From Candidatus Falkowbacteria bacterium (GTDB lineage: Bacteria; Patescibacteriota; Patescibacteriia; UBA11705; JABHMO01), in assembly GCA_016214755.1 (NCBI GenBank), contig JACRNX010000019.1, positions 1 to 55,539 of the forward strand: 55,539 nucleotides of DNA. Reading direction: 5' to 3'. The position numbers and the translations under genes are program-made. The notes below the pieces were generated by a model. That model was not told the origin of the DNA and made no database searches. It saw only the letters and a program-made list of their open reading frames with translations. Positions 47,554 to 55,539 of the stretch are shown here, in pieces (the first letter of the stretch is position 1; each line of letters begins with the position of its first letter).

Positions 47554-47946
47554 ATGACAATGGAACAATCCCAAGCCAAACAAGAAAAAGTCGAAGGAGG
47601 GAAGAGAGTATTTATCAGCGCGGAGGCGATTAGGAGCAAAGCGCAAAAAACGCCGGAAGAGGAGGCCTATTTACGCGCTTACGATAAGTCGCAGGCAGAA
47701 CGTCAGCAGTACGAAGCAAGAGTACGAGAAAAAACGCGCGCAGACATCGCCAGCGTAAGAGAAAACATTGATAACGCAAAAACTCAGCCGCCGCATATTA
47801 CAGAACATCCGGTGCAAACTTTTCGCGCGGCAGACATCGAAGCGGCGGTAGCGGCGAAAAAAGGGGAAGAAGAAAAAAAGGCGGCAGAAGGGAAGTTAAA
47901 GCGGAGAATAAAGATGTTGGGACAATTTTTTAGAAGCAGTAGATAA
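47554..47946 (+). CDS. Hypothetical charged protein
   Basis: Start set at MTMEQ; its stop overlaps the next ATG. Confidence 0.55.
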   Translation: MTMEQSQAKQEKVEGGKRVFISAEAIRSKAQKTPEEEAYLRAYDKSQAERQQYEARVREKTRADIASVRENIDNAKTQPPHITEHPVQTFRAADIEAAVAAKKGEEEKKAAEGKLKRRIKMLGQFFRSSR

Positions 47947-48839
47947 TGCTGTTAAACATAATTTTAACATTATTGTTGGTTAATCCAATAGGCAATGTTT
48001 ATTTTACCAATAAGCCAGTTTTTAATGTTAATGAAAAAATTACCGCGCCGATTCGAATCAATCCGGAGAACATTGGCGTAAAAGTGACGGCCAAAAGGTG
48101 GGCAGTGATTGACGAAGCGAGCGGCGCCTTGCTTTATCAGCGGGACAGCAATTTGCGCCAGCCGATCGCCAGCATCACGAAGCTGATGACCGCGATCGTG
48201 ATTTTGGAAATGAAGCCCGATTGGCAGAAATTAGTTACCATGCAAGAAACAGATGAAACCATTGGCGCGTATCCGCACCTTTACCGCGGCGAGCAAGTTC
48301 GTTTCATTGATTTATGGAAAGCAGGGTTAATCAGTTCTGATAACAATGCCATCAAAGCGATGATCCGTTCTTTGGATTTGGAAGCAGATGAGTTTGTCGC
48401 TCTGATGAATGTAAAAGCGAGGACATTAAACATGAATAATACTTTTTTTTCCGACGCGATCGGACTCGATGAAAAGAATTTGTCAACGCCGATTGACGTC
48501 GCGTTATTGGTTCAATCAGGAATGCGGGAAAATGAAATTCGGGAATCAGTGCTGGAGCCGCAGTATGAATTTAAAATCAATAACACGAATAAAAAGCGGA
48601 AGATTTTTAACACTGATATTTTGGTTGACAGTTTTCTCAATCGAAAACAATATGGATATGAGCTTATCGGCGGCAAAACAGGCTATCTCGAAGAAGCGGG
48701 TTATTGTTTGACGGCGATAATCAGCCGCGAAAATCATCCGCTTATCATCGTCGTTTTGAACAGCGCGACGATGGCCGAAAGATTTGCAGACGTCAAAGCG
48801 CTCGCTGATTGGACGTACGGAAATTATCAATGGCAATGA
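47946..48839 (+). CDS. D-alanyl-D-alanine carboxypeptidase/endopeptidase (peptidase S11)
   Basis: ASITKLMT, SDN, GKTGY. Confidence 0.92.
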   Translation: MLLNIILTLLLVNPIGNVYFTNKPVFNVNEKITAPIRINPENIGVKVTAKRWAVIDEASGALLYQRDSNLRQPIASITKLMTAIVILEMKPDWQKLVTMQETDETIGAYPHLYRGEQVRFIDLWKAGLISSDNNAIKAMIRSLDLEADEFVALMNVKARTLNMNNTFFSDAIGLDEKNLSTPIDVALLVQSGMRENEIRESVLEPQYEFKINNTNKKRKIFNTDILVDSFLNRKQYGYELIGGKTGYLEEAGYCLTAIISRENHPLIIVVLNSATMAERFADVKALADWTYGNYQWQ

Positions 48840-48851
48840 AATTGACGCAAT

Positions 48852-49994
48852 ATGAAAATTGGAATTGATTGTCGAAATTTTTATGACGCGTATCGCAACG
48901 AAGGCGCGGGGATTGAGCGATACGCGTATCATTTAACGAAAAGTTTAATCGCCAGGGACAAAGTCAATGACTACGTCCTGTTTTTTTACAGCGATTTAAG
49001 TCCCGAGGCCATCCACCGCGTTCGCACCGGCAACCCGCGCGTCAAAATCGTCAAAGTCCTTCGTCGAAATTCGCGCCTGCCGTTTTGGGACAGTCATATC
49101 AAGTTTTCTGCTTTGCTGAAAAAGGAAAAATTGGACTTAACGATTTTTCCCGCTAATACGATTCCGCTTTTTTATCGCCAACGTTCGATTTTAGTTATTC
49201 ATGATTTGGCGATTTTTCTTCATCCAGAATGGTTTCCTGATCGCCAATGGTTTTCCAGGCGGATCGTCGTGCCGCGCAGCATTCGAACAGCGACGAAAAT
49301 CGTCGCTGTTTCCGAAAGCACGAAGCTGGACTTGTGCCGGCTGTTTAAAACAGCCGAGAAAAAAACGCGGGTCATATATCCCGGCGTGGCGGTCAAAGAA
49401 GATTATTCAGCAAGCGAGTCGGAAAAAGTAAAGATTAAATTCGGCATTGGCGCTGATTATGTTTTGTTTATTGGGACGATGGAGCCGCGGAAAAACGCCG
49501 TTAATTTGTTAAAAGCGTTTTTCAATTATATTTTTGAAAACGAAGCCAGCCATGTTTCTTTGGTGCTGGCGGGAATAAAGGGCTGGAAGTTTCAAAATTT
49601 TTTTGGCGAACTTAGCCGCGTCAATCAGCAGTTGGTCGGGCAAAGAGTGAAATACATCGGCAAAATCAGCAACCGCGAACGCAACATTTTAATTAAAAAT
49701 TGTCGGGCATTTGTTTTTCCGTCGCTTTATGAAGGATTTGGTTTCCCTGTCGCCGAAGCGCTCGCGCTTGGCGCGCCGGTGGTGACCAGCGATAATTCTT
49801 CGCTGAAAGAAATCGGCGAAGGGTGCGCGATTTTAATCAATCCGGAAGATGCAAATGACATCCGGCGCGGAATAAAAAAAGCGCTGGAAGATAAGGTTCT
49901 GCGCTTTCAATTAATCAGCCGCGGGCAAGAGCGGGCGCGACAATTTTCTTGGATTCGGACGGCGGAAAAATTTGTTGAGCTTTTTTCGGATTAA
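48852..49994 (+). CDS. Glycosyltransferase family 4
   Basis: IGTMEPRKN, PSLYEGFGFPVAEA. Confidence 0.9.
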   Translation: MKIGIDCRNFYDAYRNEGAGIERYAYHLTKSLIARDKVNDYVLFFYSDLSPEAIHRVRTGNPRVKIVKVLRRNSRLPFWDSHIKFSALLKKEKLDLTIFPANTIPLFYRQRSILVIHDLAIFLHPEWFPDRQWFSRRIVVPRSIRTATKIVAVSESTKLDLCRLFKTAEKKTRVIYPGVAVKEDYSASESEKVKIKFGIGADYVLFIGTMEPRKNAVNLLKAFFNYIFENEASHVSLVLAGIKGWKFQNFFGELSRVNQQLVGQRVKYIGKISNRERNILIKNCRAFVFPSLYEGFGFPVAEALALGAPVVTSDNSSLKEIGEGCAILINPEDANDIRRGIKKALEDKVLRFQLISRGQERARQFSWIRTAEKFVELFSD

Positions 49995-50287
49995 ACGCAA
50001 AGAAAGCAAGTGTTGATTAAAAGTAGAGCGACACCGTCATTGCGAGGAGCCTCGACGTATGTCGAGGTGACGAAGCAATCTCGAGATTATAGACGATGAG
50101 ATTGCTTCGTCGCCGCGGCTCCTCGCAATGACAAAAGGGTGGGCGGAATTTATACTGAGCGGAGCCGAAGTGCCTCAGACGCCGTGGTATGCATGATATA
50201 CAGTTAAGAACAAGAGATTAAAGACAGAAATAAAAAATGATAGAAAAGCAAACGTTGATTGTAAATAACGCTGATTATTTGTATCGA

Positions 50288-51209
50288 TTAAAGGTTAATT
50301 TTTAACACAGTTAATTCTGGTCTATTGAAAAGCCGCGCGCGCGGCCCGGTTTCTCCCAGTCCGGCGGTTATGTAAAGATAACCGTTTTTTAATTTAAATA
50401 AACCGGCGCTGAAAGCGCGGCCCAATTTCGTCGGCATCGAAGGAATGTTGCCAATAAATGGCAGACGAATTTGTCCATTGTGAGTATGTCCGGAAAGAAT
50501 CAAGTCGAAATTTTCCGACTCTTTGTCGAGAATAATGTCCGGATTGTGGCTAAGGAGTATTTTAGGATATCGCGGGTCAATGAAATTATTAATGACATCA
50601 AGGTTCGCCTTGTTTGTCCATAAATCCGGCACGCCGGCGATGTTGATTGTTCCTTCTCCCAGTGTTATTTTTTTTGTCTGATTGTCCAAAATTGAAATTT
50701 CCCATTGATTAAATAATTTTCTTAATGTCGCGGTTTTGTCTTTATAATCCAGATCGCCGGCAAAGGCCAAATCAAATTCATGATTGCCGGTGACCGCGAA
50801 AGTTGGATATTTTTGTCCGATGTCTTTGAGAGGCGAAAGGTATAAGGCGTTTGATTCTCGTCCCAGAATGAAATCGCCGGTCAGCAGGACCAAATCCGGC
50901 GCTTCTTCATCAATTTTGTTCGCGACTTTGCGGACAAAGCCGGATTTTTTATAAGCAACCTTTCCGCTGTGTCTCGTCCAAGGAAACGTCAACTTTCTTT
51001 ACTGTTATCAGCCGCGGTTCGATGAAACCGCCCCAAAAGGCGATGAGAAAAATAATCGCCAGCGCGGACAAAATCGTCAGCCGCGCGATCTTCGTCTTCG
51101 ACTGTTCCGCGTCGTCCTTGTAATAAAAAAAAGAACGGACAATAACCGCTATCCAATAGCCGGACAAGATTAGGATAAAAAAAATGATAAAATCAAAGAC
51201 AATGGTCAT
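50288..51209 (-). pseudogene. YkuE-like membrane metallophosphoesterase with an internal deletion/frameshift
   Basis: TGDF, GNHE, SHNPD and GHTHNGQ present; the first DxH motif is missing at the frame junction near 50960. Confidence 0.75.
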
Positions 51210-51559
51210 AAGAACTGGTTTGTATATTTTTAAGACGGTTTGCTTCGCGGGCAGGTTCTCCGAAGGGTGACTTTTTGACGCCAAAAAGTCACCAAAAAGC
51301 GCTGGGGTTCCGCATTCGCGTGGGGGCGATTGTCGTTCGTAGGAAATGCGTTGGCGAAGCTCCACCCCAAACCCCGTGATATGCGTTTTATATAATTAAG
51401 AACGCGGATTAAAGACAGGAATAAAAAGTAAATACTGAATATAAATAATATTGACTATCCTTAATACAGAATAGCAAATTTTGACGACAAAGTGAATGGC
51501 TTGCGCGAATAATATTTTTGCCGTATAATAAGAACGCGTTTTGTCAAATGTGTAAATGA

Positions 51560-51635
51560 CGCGGGGTAGAGCAGTTGGCAGCTCGTCGGGCTCATAACCC
51601 GAAGGTCGCCGGTTCGAGTCCGGCCCCCGCTACCA
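51560..51635 (+). tRNA. Initiator tRNA-fMet(CAT)
   Basis: CGCGGGG acceptor with unpaired C1; three G-C pairs in the anticodon stem; encoded CCA. Confidence 0.95.
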
Positions 51636-51752
51636 TCCTTCGAGGCTCGTTCTGACTTACGTCAGAACTCGCACCTCAGGATGACAATTAGATATTGGTC
51701 GGACGAGAAGTTTATCCTGAGCGACCCCGCATTTTGCGGGGGAGTCGAAGGA

Positions 51753-51771
51753 AGTCCGGCCCCCGCTACCA
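51753..51771 (+). repeat. Duplicated 19-bp tRNA-fMet 3' end
   Basis: agtccggcccccgctacca, identical to 51617-51635. Confidence 0.85.
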
Positions 51772-51772
51772 A

Positions 51773-51849
51773 GCCAGGGTAGCTCAGTTGGTAAGAGCGA
51801 GGGAATCATAACCCCTAGGTCGGCGGTTCGATCCCGCCCCCTGGTACCA
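51773..51849 (+). tRNA. tRNA-Met(CAT), probably elongator
   Basis: Arm AGGGA-ATCATAA-CCCCT; encoded CCA; followed by a terminator-like hairpin. Confidence 0.88.
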
Positions 51850-51991
51850 AAAACTGCGGAAGCAGTTTTTTATTATTGACAGAATATTGACAAGATAAAA
51901 CTGACATGCTAAGTTGAGTTAAAGTGTATTCGTTCTTTGACAATATTATTGACGCCAACAAGCGCCATCAAGGTGCCATAAAGGAGATAAA

Positions 51992-53395
51992 ATGGGAAAG
52001 TCCAAACGAAAGGAGGACTCAATGGGAGCGATTGAAAATGATGAAGGTTCGCAAACGACGAGATTAGAATTAATTTCTTTGGATTTGATTAGGAGCGACC
52101 CGCGCCAGCCGCGCCAACAGTTTGACGAGGAGAGCATAAAAGGATTGGCGTTTTCCATTGAAAAACAAGGACTGCTTCAGCCGATAGTGGTGAAGCCATC
52201 GCCAGAGCACGAAAAAGACGGTACCTATGTCATCGTGGCCGGCGAGCGCCGCGTGCGCGCTTTCAAGTTAATCGGCCGAACGAAAATTCCAGCCATCATC
52301 CGCGAACAAGGCGACACCTATGTTTTGTCTCTGGTTGAAAATCTGCGGCGCGAGGATTTGAACCCGATTGACGAAGCGAACGCGATCAAGCGGCTGATTA
52401 ATGAATTCGGCTACACGCAGGCGCAAGTTAGTGAACATGTCGGAAAATCAGTGCAGTGGGTTCAGCAACGTTTATTGCTCCTCCGTCTGCCGAAAGAGAT
52501 TCAGGATATGGTCTCCAACGACAAATTGCCAGGAGCGCAGGCGCTAAACTTGGCCCGATACAAAGGGCCGAAAGGAACCATCATCCGCTTGGCGCACGAC
52601 TTGTCGGCGGCGCGGCTTTCGGGCGAGCGGGCTTTGCGCGCCATTCGTTCTGCGTTGGGGGTTAAGGAAGAAGATTTTTCGGACGAAGACCTTCTTCTCG
52701 GAATCCGGGACGTTAAAACTAAAAAGATGGATGAAGATGAAAAAGAATTAGTCGAGGAACAGCGAGGCCAAACGATTAAGGTTTTCTCCAAGTTATGGGA
52801 TTCTTTGAAAAGAACACGGAATAGTCTTGGCTGGCTTGACAAAATTCCTGCCAATGAAAGAGTGGAATATTTTAAAACCATTCCCGAGCGGACGCGGTCA
52901 AAATTGCTGATGACGGCGCTGGAGGTCTGCCAGGACATGGTTTTGCTCTTTGACTTGGCGAAAGAAACAGGCACCGATATTTACGCCGCCACGCAATACG
53001 AATCGCTGGTGAAAAAACTGTCGGCCGCGGATTCAGAAAAAATCGGCAAAGCCGCGCGAAGCGGAGCGACCCAGATGAGGACAGTGCCAGAATGGCTTTT
53101 GGCGCCATGGGCAATGCTTTTGCATCCAAACGGCCCAACCCGTTCAACCAAAGAGCTGGTTAGCCGGACCGCGATAACAGCAAAAAGTTTGCCGGGCTTT
53201 ATGAACGGCGCTCTGACGGTAATCGCCAGCGCTTGGGACGGGAAGGAAAAGGACACGCCAGAAGCGATTGATTTCTGCGCGAAACTGCGCGAGCGGTTTC
53301 CAGAACAGCCGAATTTGCTGGAAATTATCAAAGCAATTCCTGTCGGCGATGACCCGTTGAACATTGAACTGCTGACTGTCGGAGAAGCTGTCTAA
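51992..53395 (+). CDS. ParB/Spo0J-family protein with a long C-terminal extension
   Basis: QPRQQFD, GLLQPIVV, IVAGERRVRA, ENLRREDLNPIDEA, HTH. Confidence 0.88.
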   Translation: MGKSKRKEDSMGAIENDEGSQTTRLELISLDLIRSDPRQPRQQFDEESIKGLAFSIEKQGLLQPIVVKPSPEHEKDGTYVIVAGERRVRAFKLIGRTKIPAIIREQGDTYVLSLVENLRREDLNPIDEANAIKRLINEFGYTQAQVSEHVGKSVQWVQQRLLLLRLPKEIQDMVSNDKLPGAQALNLARYKGPKGTIIRLAHDLSAARLSGERALRAIRSALGVKEEDFSDEDLLLGIRDVKTKKMDEDEKELVEEQRGQTIKVFSKLWDSLKRTRNSLGWLDKIPANERVEYFKTIPERTRSKLLMTALEVCQDMVLLFDLAKETGTDIYAATQYESLVKKLSAADSEKIGKAARSGATQMRTVPEWLLAPWAMLLHPNGPTRSTKELVSRTAITAKSLPGFMNGALTVIASAWDGKEKDTPEAIDFCAKLRERFPEQPNLLEIIKAIPVGDDPLNIELLTVGEAV

Positions 53396-53529
53396 AAAGA
53401 ATAAAATTTGAGATTGCTTCACCTCCGCAGAGCGGAGGGTTCGCAATGACATATCAAAAAAAGGGAGCCACGCTCCCCTTTCTTTTTTATAAAAAATGGT
53501 AGGATAACAAAAGGTAAGAAGGAGGAAAA

Positions 53530-55329
53530 ATGTTTGACGAAAAAGACGGTCTAGAAGGCAGATTCAAAAGATTGATATTGACGGAAAGACAGAAAAAAAT
53601 CGCTACTGTTCTTTTACAAATGGACAAAATTTTTCGCCAATCGCGCGAGGAAATCGTAGCCGCGATTTTTGGCGCAGAAACAGTGAAGGATGGGAAAGCG
53701 ATAACTCGTCATTACGGTAATGTTTGCCTTGAATGGAAACCTGCGGAGAACAAAATTTCCACGGCATTATCTTTGCCTGCGCCAGAATGGGCGATTTTAA
53801 TCAGGATTGATCCGTGGTGGCGCGATTTCAATGAGCAATTCGGCTATTGCGCGATTGAGAATGTGGTTGAACACCGGAAATCATTGATGCCGGGCGCGCG
53901 CCAGGCGCGATATGAATCGTCGCGCAAATATGAAACTGATTTGGAAAGCCAATTGAGACAACTCGCGTTAACTCCATCGCAGGAATTCATCGCGACAAAA
54001 GCGTTTCAATTAGATGAGCAAAGGAAATGGACAATTTATGAGTTGGCTGAAGCGTTGATTAGTTTCCGAGCAACTGATAAGCAGTTGCCTTCGTATAGAG
54101 CAATTAAATTTCGGCAAAGGGGAATTAAATTCATATTGAAAACCGTAAAAGAGAAAATTGAAATCAGCGTTGGATTGCCTGCGCAGGAAAGAAGAATTTT
54201 GGAATCATTGATTCCGTGGTACGGACGTTTATTCAACGCCTATCCGCAACTTTCAAAAGCAGATATTGAAGCTTTGGTCAGAAATTGTTTTGGCGTTTCA
54301 GGGCAGGGAAAGAAAAAAGACAAACAGAAAAGAATGGTAAGGACAGGTCTCGACCTGTCCGTGAAAAAGAAAGAACGAAACAAGAAAAAGAAAGAGGAAA
54401 GAATTGAAAGAGAAGAATTGAACGCCTTGGTGCTTTGGAAGCAAGCGCTCGCGCGCTCAGAAAAATGCGACGATAATAGATTGCTTATTCCGGCGACAGC
54501 ATTGAATCGGCCAATGCTGGAAACCGTGTTTAACCGCGGAATGGTGATTGTGAGCGGGGTGGCGCGAACACTGCGAAAAGTCGGAGAATGCTACGGTTTT
54601 GAACAAATGGATTTGACGCAGGAAGCAGGGCTGGCTTGGTGGGCAATGCTGAAAGAGTGGCCGGGCGGTTCGATAAAAGATTTCAACGCGTTCGCGCGGG
54701 AAACCGCGTACACCGCTATTCGGGCGACCTTCAGCCATCCCGCGCTTATCGGCCCGTCAAGCGCTGTGCCAATCGTGGAATTGAGGGCTTTCGTGAAAGA
54801 GACAGTTGTTCATCGGCTGACATATAACGAAGACCTTTCTCTGGCGCAAATGCGCGAGATGTTTGGCTGGTCAGACGAACAGTTTAAAAATTTCCAGGAT
54901 TTGACGCGGCTGTCGTGGCGGCATTTCACTTTAATTCAAGAATCAGCGTTTAATGATGGAGATAAGAGACAGGGCGGCGAGACAAGAGAAACGAAAATTC
55001 GTTCAGAAGCGCCGAATCCGGAAGAGTTGATAGTCGTTTTCCAACGCGGAATCGCCAGAAATATGATCGCGTCGTGGATAGAAGGGCCGTTGAACGAACT
55101 GTTGGCGCCGCTGGAGCAGTTGATTCTACGTTATCGTTTTGGATTTCATAAGGAAGACATGAAAACGCTTTCCGTGGAAGAAGTGGCGGAAATTCTTGAT
55201 ACGCCGGTTGAGGTGATTGTGCGGCTGGAAGATCAGGCGATCGCCAAACTGCAACACGATGAAGAATTATTAAAACGATATCAAGTAAGCATTAAAATGT
55301 TGAGGCGCGCGGAAGAGCAATGGAGATAG
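53530..55329 (+). CDS. Degenerate sigma-70-like protein
   Basis: Region-4-like EQLILRYRFG...LSVEEVAEILD...RLEDQAIAKLQ; region-2-like DLTQEAG; aaggagg SD. Confidence 0.65.
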   Translation: MFDEKDGLEGRFKRLILTERQKKIATVLLQMDKIFRQSREEIVAAIFGAETVKDGKAITRHYGNVCLEWKPAENKISTALSLPAPEWAILIRIDPWWRDFNEQFGYCAIENVVEHRKSLMPGARQARYESSRKYETDLESQLRQLALTPSQEFIATKAFQLDEQRKWTIYELAEALISFRATDKQLPSYRAIKFRQRGIKFILKTVKEKIEISVGLPAQERRILESLIPWYGRLFNAYPQLSKADIEALVRNCFGVSGQGKKKDKQKRMVRTGLDLSVKKKERNKKKKEERIEREELNALVLWKQALARSEKCDDNRLLIPATALNRPMLETVFNRGMVIVSGVARTLRKVGECYGFEQMDLTQEAGLAWWAMLKEWPGGSIKDFNAFARETAYTAIRATFSHPALIGPSSAVPIVELRAFVKETVVHRLTYNEDLSLAQMREMFGWSDEQFKNFQDLTRLSWRHFTLIQESAFNDGDKRQGGETRETKIRSEAPNPEELIVVFQRGIARNMIASWIEGPLNELLAPLEQLILRYRFGFHKEDMKTLSVEEVAEILDTPVEVIVRLEDQAIAKLQHDEELLKRYQVSIKMLRRAEEQWR

Positions 55330-55417
55330 AACCCTGCTTGTCATTCAAGCGGGGTTTTTTGTTAACGTAGGGACAGGTCGCGACCTGTCCCTACATTGTG
55401 TCGAAAGGAAGTGATAA

Positions 55418-55539
55418 TGTCATAGTGCAGGGAAATAGAAATGTCATACCCGTGTGCTAACATGGTTGGTTAAGAAATAACCAACCAATGTATGACAGGA
55501 CGTATTTCTATGAGCCAACGAGAGTTGAAGCGTTACAGC
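55418..55539 (+). mobile_element. Probable left end of an IS1202/ISNCY-like element with the transposase start
   Basis: TGT start with a repeated aatgtcata; the ORF start reads MTGRISMSQRELKRYS if one base is removed; truncated by the window edge. Confidence 0.5.

Noticed and set aside
51992-55329. Prophage or ICE downstream of the tRNA-Met genes
   Set aside because: No integrase, structural or conjugation genes; the only att-like repeat encloses just 117 bp
1-55539. Alternative genetic code (TGA=Gly, as in Gracilibacteria/Absconditabacteria)
   Set aside because: Conserved genes are full length under code 11, and uvrA, scpA and aspS end at TGA

Overview
Chromosomal window of a Patescibacteria (CPR)-like bacterium. 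The taxonomy is inferred from the DUF4012 protein, the CPR-type pilin-like protein and the CPR repeat-bearing secreted protein. The core content is a cell-surface glycan cluster, 9 tRNA genes, rnpB, trpS, rnj, secG, a porC-D-A-B operon, uvrA, rplS, gmk, a RluA-family gene, asnS, aspS and scpAB. The most striking feature is non-coding. Most intergenic junctions carry either (i) arrays of degenerate 7-9 nt tandem repeats, often as inverted pairs that begin at the upstream stop codon, or (ii) GTAG-type and GTCA-type REP-like palindromes. One heptamer pair still encloses a four-helix-bundle (23S rRNA IVP-family) gene inside the por operon. Two heptamer-bounded copies share a 75-bp core that is flipped relative to a shared flank. 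Several repeats sit in frame inside coding genes (porB, the RluA-family gene, a GT4, a sigma-like gene, the aspS tail). Other notable items are a tRNA-Ser with an ACT anticodon, an unannotated ArfA-like small ORF, an outer-membrane-type beta-barrel candidate, an MBL + 2x cNMP-binding protein facing two radical SAM genes, a degenerate sigma-70-like protein and an IS1202-like left end. Four single-base frameshifts suggest some indels may be assembly errors. All calls come from reading the sequence by eye; no searches were run.
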